DNA of 34,403 nt, from NCBI GenBank assembly GCA_023515725.1, contig JALDTO010000224.1, positions 1 through 34,403 on the forward strand, read 5' to 3'. This document shows positions 27,562-34,403 of this stretch, piece by piece. The notes under the pieces are model-generated. The model made no database searches. It saw nothing but the letters and a program-made list of their open reading frames with translations, and was not told the origin of the DNA. A program made the translations under genes and the position numbers. The stretch is from Amoeboaphelidium protococcarum X5. Taxonomy: Eukaryota; Fungi; Aphelidiomycota. The stretch's first letter is position 1. Each line of letters opens with the position of its first letter.

Positions 27562-27755
27562 TTCAACGATAAATATTTGGATAAAATATCCTGAATGGAT
27601 TAGACTGAATCGCGCCTGGTCTTGTGAATGTTGATGGGAAAAGAGAGAGAGAGCGTCTGGTGGCGAAGGAAACTCCCCTTAACGCGAGGCGCTTTTAAAT
27701 CTTTTTGTCGTCCAGCAGTACAATAGTTGAAAAAAATCTTATCGATATTATTATC

Positions 27756-28250
27756 ATGCTCCGAGCTGCTTGGATTGGGAAATAATTGAATAATAATTTA
27801 GCTAGTGCTAGAGGTGTTGTCATTCTACCGAGAACTCATCCATACGAATATTTCAGCAATTAGCTGAATGCTGGCGCCTATGAAGTGAAGCACCCAGAGC
27901 CTGCAGTATAAAACGCGCCTCTCTATTATAAAATCACTTTAACGCGTTCTTTGCTTGGAATGCCTTGGAATAAGCGGTATGAGGCTGGTATCCTGTTCAA
28001 GATATATTCTCCGAAAAAGAGATACAAGCCAAAGTCGGTCAAGCCTAACATTAGTTGTAATACTGTGATTTTCCGTGAAGCATCACCCGAAGTGGCAGAA
28101 TTGGTATATGGTCTGAAAGAGCTCGTGAAGCTGGAAAATGTATGGACTGAAGACTAGTACAAGCGCGAGGCTAAGGAAGTACTGAAATCAAAAGCTATGA
28201 GCAGCGACGAGTAGCAAGAACTGAGAGGTTATCAGATTATTTAGAAATGA
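27756..28250 (+). CDS. Mitochondrial ribosomal protein uL30m (yeast MrpL33-like), 164 aa
   Basis: YYKITLTRSLLGMP...VIFREASPEVAELVYGLKELVKLE...GYQII matches the fungal uL30m pattern. N-terminal presequence-like extension. TGA 28248-28250. Confidence 0.78.
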
Positions 28251-28801
28251 CATTCATAGAATAGAATCTTTTACAACTTTTGATGCGTTGTTGATGTGTT
28301 TGATTGCTGTATATTTCTACAGATGGACGCTATTCAACATATAAAGAGGTAATAATCATTCCTATTGCACGAAGATGGATATCCAAATTCCCATATGGTC
28401 AATTTCACGTTGTTCATTTGAGACATGTATATGCCTCTCTGTATTATAGAATGAACCTCTACATTGTGCGAAAAGCGCAGTTTAAACGCCCTCTGGCGGA
28501 TTTAGTTCTTCTCATTTTAAATATGCTTCATCAAAATTTGTTTGACCTCGACAAACTCATTTAGGATACGCGCTACAATACGTTCTCTAGACTGAGAGTG
28601 GTCGGAGCCTTATATCTTTTTCATTTATTTAGCGCGCCTCTATAAGTACCAACACTCCCTCGTATTGATCAGCGCCAGTCTGGACACGGTATGGGCTTTT
28701 CCTTTGTTGTTACAGTGGTTATCTATATAATCCATAGTAACAACTGTTTCCTTGTTTTGTTTTCACATAACAAATGATGCTTAGTACTGTGTATTGCAGT
28801 C

Positions 28802-30721
28802 ATGGACGCCTTGTTTTATGCCGTATTAGAGCTTCAAGACTCACCATTGGCCAAGTATATGCAAGTTAGAGATTTGTGTTCACTATGTTAATGCAACAAA
28901 CGTGTGAAGAATTTCATAGTCACTAACAAGCGTTTTGTCCGAGACACCTACTGGGCATTTTATGGTCATTGCCTGACAGCCTATCGCTTGTAGTTTCATA
29001 AGTATTTGCAATTGAGAGATAAGCAAGATTATCTCTATTTCTTCCATCCATTCATTAAAAGCTCGCCTATTCTACAATAGTATACTCAAGTTAGAAGCTA
29101 GAGAGAATTGGGCCATCATGATCCGGTGTGGTGGTAGGCTCTTTTGGAATACTTTCCCACTAGCTAGACACGCTCACTACATTCAGATGATATTGGATGC
29201 GAGACAGCGAACGTTCATGACGAGATTATAGACTACTATGGGGAAGATTTTGTTTACTAGATTGTAGATTTGTATTTATAGCCTCATTCACTTACCACCG
29301 CTCCTTCCTTGTAGTCTTGGACTGTTTCCAAGTATGGCTACATTTACAGCATACTTCAAAATTATGGTGATTTGCTGTATTTAGAAGTGTTTGAGGGACA
29401 CTTTCGTTAGCGAACCGCTGATTTAAATGAAGTTGGTCCAAAGTTGGAGAAGTATTTCAATTGTCGATTATCAGATCGCTTTCAATAGCGTCTAGTTGAT
29501 CAGTTACTAAAAAACTCTTTACACCGCCGTGAAAATTAAGATGGAATCCTATATAGATCGTGGTTTTACATTGATGCAGGGAGTAAATTCTTGAAGGCAT
29601 TAGGTTACAAGTCTTTCGAACCGAAGGATCTGGCACTTGATTTTGTTCAATCTTAATTGTATTACAGCGACATCTCAATCGCGTACAAAGGGCTGTTAAA
29701 TTATGTTACGCCTATAGGTGGAGTGCATTTTGATATTTCAGGCGGAGATGATTATAGCGATTACGAAGAAGATGAAGAGGATGCAGAAGATTATGAAGAA
29801 AAGGAAGTTTTGTACTCAGGATTAGAGCGTTCCTTGGCCAATATAATACCAATAGATTCTTTTCATAAGTTGTAGAGTTCCATTGAAGCTTTTGCATAGG
29901 GATAAATGACCGTGGAGCGAGCTGCTATCTTAGTGGCTCTTCTAGGACATTATGAAAAGTTGGATATGGTTGACAATTTATATTTCGGTTTGATTGTGAA
30001 GGCATTTGATGATTCGAACTGGGGAGTTTTGAGTATTCTACTTAACCAAATGGTATTGTATAAGGTAAATAACGATAGTATGTGTCTTTCTGTGTCGGTG
30101 TTGTTAAATGAAAGAACGGACTATTAGGAACGCGTTGCAGAATATGTCATTAGTGAAATTGTCTAGCAGGACAAGGTTGATGCCATGAAGGTGATACTTG
30201 AGCTATTTGGTCCATTCTCTGTTTAATACATGACTCAATGGTTTACAGTTATCTTCTACCAAATGAATACTTCAATGAATATCGCGCTTCATGAACTTTT
30301 CGATCCGTCATTACGCAATGGGGATATTGCTATTGACAGGTGTCAGGTAGGAGAATAGAAGATAAAAAGATTGATTAGGGAATTTGTGCCTATATTGGGC
30401 GGTAATGAAATGCTGGATTTAGTAATTCCCAAGATTCTCGAAGTACCACAAAATTCTCTTGAACCCGGTTTTGTTGCATGTTTGCTAGCTCAGTACAAAG
30501 ATTTACCGAATGTACAATAATCAAGAGGCTAACTTGCTGCTACTTTTGTTCGGATGTTCCCTGGTAATTTATCGTGGTTGGCTAAATACCTGCACGCCCT
30601 TCGAGAATCGAAGGTTGATTATGAGCTTGCTGAATAGAAAGTTGATCAGATACTGACGAAGGAAGACGCCGCTCGTGTTCGTGCTAGACGGGACCAACTG
30701 TTAGCTTCTATGTACTGGTGA
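28802..30721 (+). CDS. Hypothetical 639-aa protein with divergent N-terminal F-box-like motif and helical C-terminal region
   Basis: 1920-nt frame free of TGA. LAKYMQVRDLCSLCQCNKRVKNFI is F-box-like. Central acidic patch DDYSDYEEDEEDAEDYEE. Confidence 0.75.
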
Positions 30722-31720
30722 GATTAAATTTTAAAGCGCTGATGATGGGTAATATGTCTTGTGTGATAGAATAAATATATAGTTATGGTGAAATTTAATT
30801 AAAACGTGCAACGGGTGATGCCAGTTGATTTTGGCGATGTTCTGGATACATGCGCCTACTTTGTTTAATTTGTGAGTTAAATCGGCTGCTTGTGTCATTT
30901 GGACGTGTGCATGAGTGGGATATAGTAAATGTGGACAGATTTGCACTCCCGTCGCGGTAAACACTATGTGGTCTGTTCCGCGGTTGTGGATTATAAGACA
31001 AAGTATAATATTGCTCACTCAACTCGTCGGAGTGCCTATAAAGTCCATTTTTATTTTTTTGGGCTCCATTCTCATGCATCCCGCAGCAATAAACCGCCGT
31101 TAATGCGATATAGTTTCTCTTGCTGCTTGAAACAACAAGTTACGTATTGATGCTAAACGTCAACTTTGTCAGTCATCTGAAGTCAAATTTTCTAGATCGG
31201 ACGTACTTGTGGAGAAAGCGCATGTGATAGTAAGCAGCGGAATGAGAGATGGGGTGATTACAAAGATCGATGCCATCATCGCCCCAAGGCCGTTACCACT
31301 ACGCCTCTACGCGAACCATCCATTAGGTAATGGTCCTTTGCGAGTTCTTGTCTAGTTGGCTAATGAGGTGCCGAGAAGAGTTAGTGGATCGCTGCCAAAG
31401 GTTGTGTTGATGGCAGATGCTTCAAGTATGGATTAATTAAGAATTGGGCTGAGTGTATCTGTTAACCGCGCGGTTACATCTGTTCTAGCCAATCACAATC
31501 AAACAGTCACGCGTTTTCTAACGTTTCATTGAATTTCAATTTAAATCGATAATCCAATGATAGATGAGATCCTTTCGAATTTGGACTGCTGAAGTCACAT
31601 GCTACGCAAGTGACTCCATCTGACCTCCTTATTCGTCGATTTCGATATAAGCATGTAACCGATCGACTTCAATAATATCAAGCTACTCGATCTCTTCCTC
31701 TTAACAATTATATAATAAAA

Positions 31721-33046
31721 ATGAAATTAAATTTAGAATTGATTGCCCACACTATCGTCGCCTTGTCTGCCGGTTTGGTGAATGCTCAGCCTACTAACAC
31801 AGGCGTCTAATCTCATGCCCCTATCTCCTCTGCTATCATCACCTTCAAACACGAAATGTTTACTGATATTAACACTTGTTTGAACTTTGTCGATCGTGCA
31901 GCAGAAAGCAGTAACTCTGATGTCTTGCTATTTGTCCCAACTTTCTACTGGTGGGATGATTCCAAAGACTTATCCTGGGAAACGCAATCCCATGTAACGC
32001 ATTATTGCTATTTTGCTACAGACAAAGCTGGCACTGCTTGCCCAGAGATCTCTAAAGAACAAGTCCAATAGCTGGAAGACAACTTGACAAAGTGTTTTTC
32101 AAGAGCTGTTGAGAAAGGCTTTAATCTCGCGTTGACCCCTCATTTGGATGATGGCGGTTAGAAAAGCTTGTGGAGAAACGGGTTAGTCTTTAGTCCTGAA
32201 GAGAAACACGGTGGGTTAAGTTATTATGATGCCTATCTGCAACCACTTGCTAATGCTGTCAAGAGAGCTATATCCAGTAAGCCTGATACTAAAGTCTGGT
32301 TTGGTATGTAAGGAGAAATGTCTGCGTGTTTGTACGCTAAGCCTAAAGAATGGCTGGCTTTTGCTAATAAGTTAAAGGATGAAGATTTCGAAGGCTTAAG
32401 TAATGTCTACATTGGTGCAAACACTAATTTTAACAAGTTGTGTCATTGTCTGCATGTTGACATTGTTGAAACTGGATTGTATTTAACAAAATTTAAGGAA
32501 GATTTTGGTCAAATTGCTGCAAATTACGATAACGAAGCTATTGCTGCTCTTTATGACCGCTTGGATTTCTTTGGCATATCTTCGTACCCGAGCCTGACTC
32601 CTAACTTTGAGACTCGCGATTTGGAAGCTGCCGCCTACCAATTCGATGAAGAGTCAAAGCTGTTTGGTGTTGATACCAAGGCGTTGATTGCCAAAGGAAA
32701 GCAATTCTACTTCTTTGAATATGGCGTTGGTGGAGGACAGTCCCAGCATGGCAATGAAACTGCAGCGAATGCAACCATGGCTGCAAGATATCCGTTCTTT
32801 ACCGTATTCAATCATTCGATCAACCCGTGGGAGAATAAAGATGTCAATGATTATCGTAAATACTACTATGAGCAGACGGCGAAGTACCTCAGTGGAAATG
32901 CTCCAGGCGCACAGTACAAGGTATCTGGAGTCTTCACTTGGAATCTGGGATCGTACGACTTTCAGGGAATTAGCACTAAAAACTTCTATGATGAAGATAT
33001 GGTGCAGCTTGTGAAAAAGCACAACTAAGCAGTCCGTTAAGGATGA
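31721..33046 (+). CDS. Secreted protein, putative TIM-barrel glycoside hydrolase (clan GH-A/GH113-like), 441 aa
   Basis: Signal peptide MKLNLELIAHTIVALSAGLVNA. Motifs TPHLDDG, LWRN, FGMQGEM (candidate acid/base Glu), DFFGISSYP, FYFFEYGVGG (candidate nucleophile Glu), GVFTWN. The ORF is solid and the activity is inferred. Confidence 0.75.
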
Positions 33047-33848
33047 GTGTGTAGCGATTATAATGATATATTTTGAGTTTTAAATAAATGATGGTTTTTA
33101 ATATTAATATACATTGCAAGAAATATTTGATCTATCACTATCGAATGAGCCGCAGGAGATGAAATATACAGCACCACACTGGATGACAATCAGCCAATGC
33201 AATGGCTTGAGAAAACCAAATTCTTGATCATCTACTATTCATTAACAAAGTTGGATCACTGATTCTTAGTGGAGACCAGATGATTTTTACGTAGTGGAGG
33301 GTAGATGCATAGTATAAGTAATGCCTTCAACTCACAAACAGTGTAAGCATCACTCTCGAATATTCTCTTTAAAAACCGTCACTACAGCCTATGCTATATA
33401 TTGACGCGTGACTCTACCATCAAACAATGCTCCAGAATCTGAAAAACTTCTCTCGATGACATCAGCATTTTCAACATCAGTCAAACTGCAACAGAGTCAT
33501 AATGGGGAACAGTAGTTGTAGACCACAAGCAGAAATGAGATCCAATCATCCACAATCAACTGCCAGTCACTGGTGTCCCAATAAGCGGTCGGATGTTAAG
33601 AATAATATAAGAGAGTGTAGTGAATATGAGATATAACAAGTATATTTACAGTTGTTTCAACTCTTGTGTGATAAAGTGAGTGAGTGAGTGACTGAAACGC
33701 GTCAACACGGTTTCAGTTCTACACTCGATTGTTTCAAACTTCCATCTTAATTATTAGCGACTAAGATCAATAAAATGGTACAATGCACTGTTTCAGATAT
33801 TCTTGAAAATATTGGAGAGTTTTTCAATACCTCCAATATCCTTAGTTG

Positions 33849-34403
33849 TCATTGTTTCGACTGTGCGGCAAGAAGATTTAGATTTGATTGGCACGCCTTT
33901 ATCGTGAGCATCGGAATCGGGCGATTTCGGCGTCGATCGCCAGTCAATTCCAACGGCTCCGTGTGTAAATCCAGAGAGTTCTTCGTGATATGTCCCTCGT
34001 TCTGAGTGCGCTTCATGGGAGCCGGACTATCATTACCAGGTACAACTCTAGCCATATTCACAGCAGAACCAATAAACTTGGGCGACGAACTTTGCGCGAT
34101 AAGCTCGACTTTTCGATAAGTTTTCGGCGAGCTCAGAAACTTGGCGGACGAGGATGTCTTTTAGAAGTAAGGAGCGATTTTGCTTTGGCGCATCCGTTCT
34201 TTCTATTTATCGCAGTGACAGTTTGTAATTTCCTCAAAGTTATCACAATCATGCATCTGGAACATCGAATTCCGTGGAATGCTCTGGACAAAGTCCTCAA
34301 ATATGAATATCACCCGAAAGATCCGAGTAAGAAGCGGCTCTTGGTTGACGAGGCTGGGCTCTCTGTTGTCGGACATTTTGCGCGATGTCTTCATGACGCC
34401 ATT
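33849..34403 (-). CDS. Hypothetical ORF (at least 181 aa, possibly 5'-partial)
   Basis: Provided ORFs 34203-34394 and 33849-34061 join into one frame when TAR=Gln. No recognised domain. Confidence 0.35.

Noticed and set aside
28304-28564. 86-aa ORF in the spacer after uL30m
   Set aside because: Non-ATG start, no motif, AT-rich composition. Not supportable as a gene.
33110-33600. Protein-looking minus frame (...YWDTSDWQLIVDDW...) suggesting TGA read-through or a pseudogene
   Set aside because: About four TGAs in about 170 codons is roughly what random sequence gives, and there is no recognisable family.
33674-33693. (AGTG)n short repeat as a telomere or element end
   Set aside because: Only about 4 units, consistent with an ordinary microsatellite.

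Overview
Gene-dense eukaryotic DNA from a fungus-related lineage, with short GT-AG introns (about 55-80 nt) and very small intergenic gaps. The supplied ORF track is misleading because TAA and TAG are sense codons here. They sit at conserved Gln positions of well-known proteins, and every gene traced ends in TGA (ciliate-type code, table 6). Among fungi and their relatives this code is known from the aphelid algal parasitoid Amoeboaphelidium protococcarum, the likely source (inference). Re-read with TAR=Gln, the window holds 17 well-supported genes: IST1, Rogdi/Rav2-like, MCM4, PQLC1/Any1-like, D-amino-acid oxidase, an F-box-like/DTW fusion, eIF3f, a Bud21/NOL7-like protein, an Ilt1-like PQ-loop protein, arginase, MECR/Etr1, FBXO3/SKIP16-like, DEPDC5/Iml1, Aim18-like, a BRSK/Hsl1-type kinase, a Caprin-like protein and uL30m. 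It also holds an orphan F-box-like protein and a secreted, probably clan GH-A glycosidase-like protein. The most notable hidden element is a highly structured RNA (snoRNA/scaRNA candidate) in the one abnormally long intron, in eIF3f. All translations and family assignments were done by eye, without database searches.
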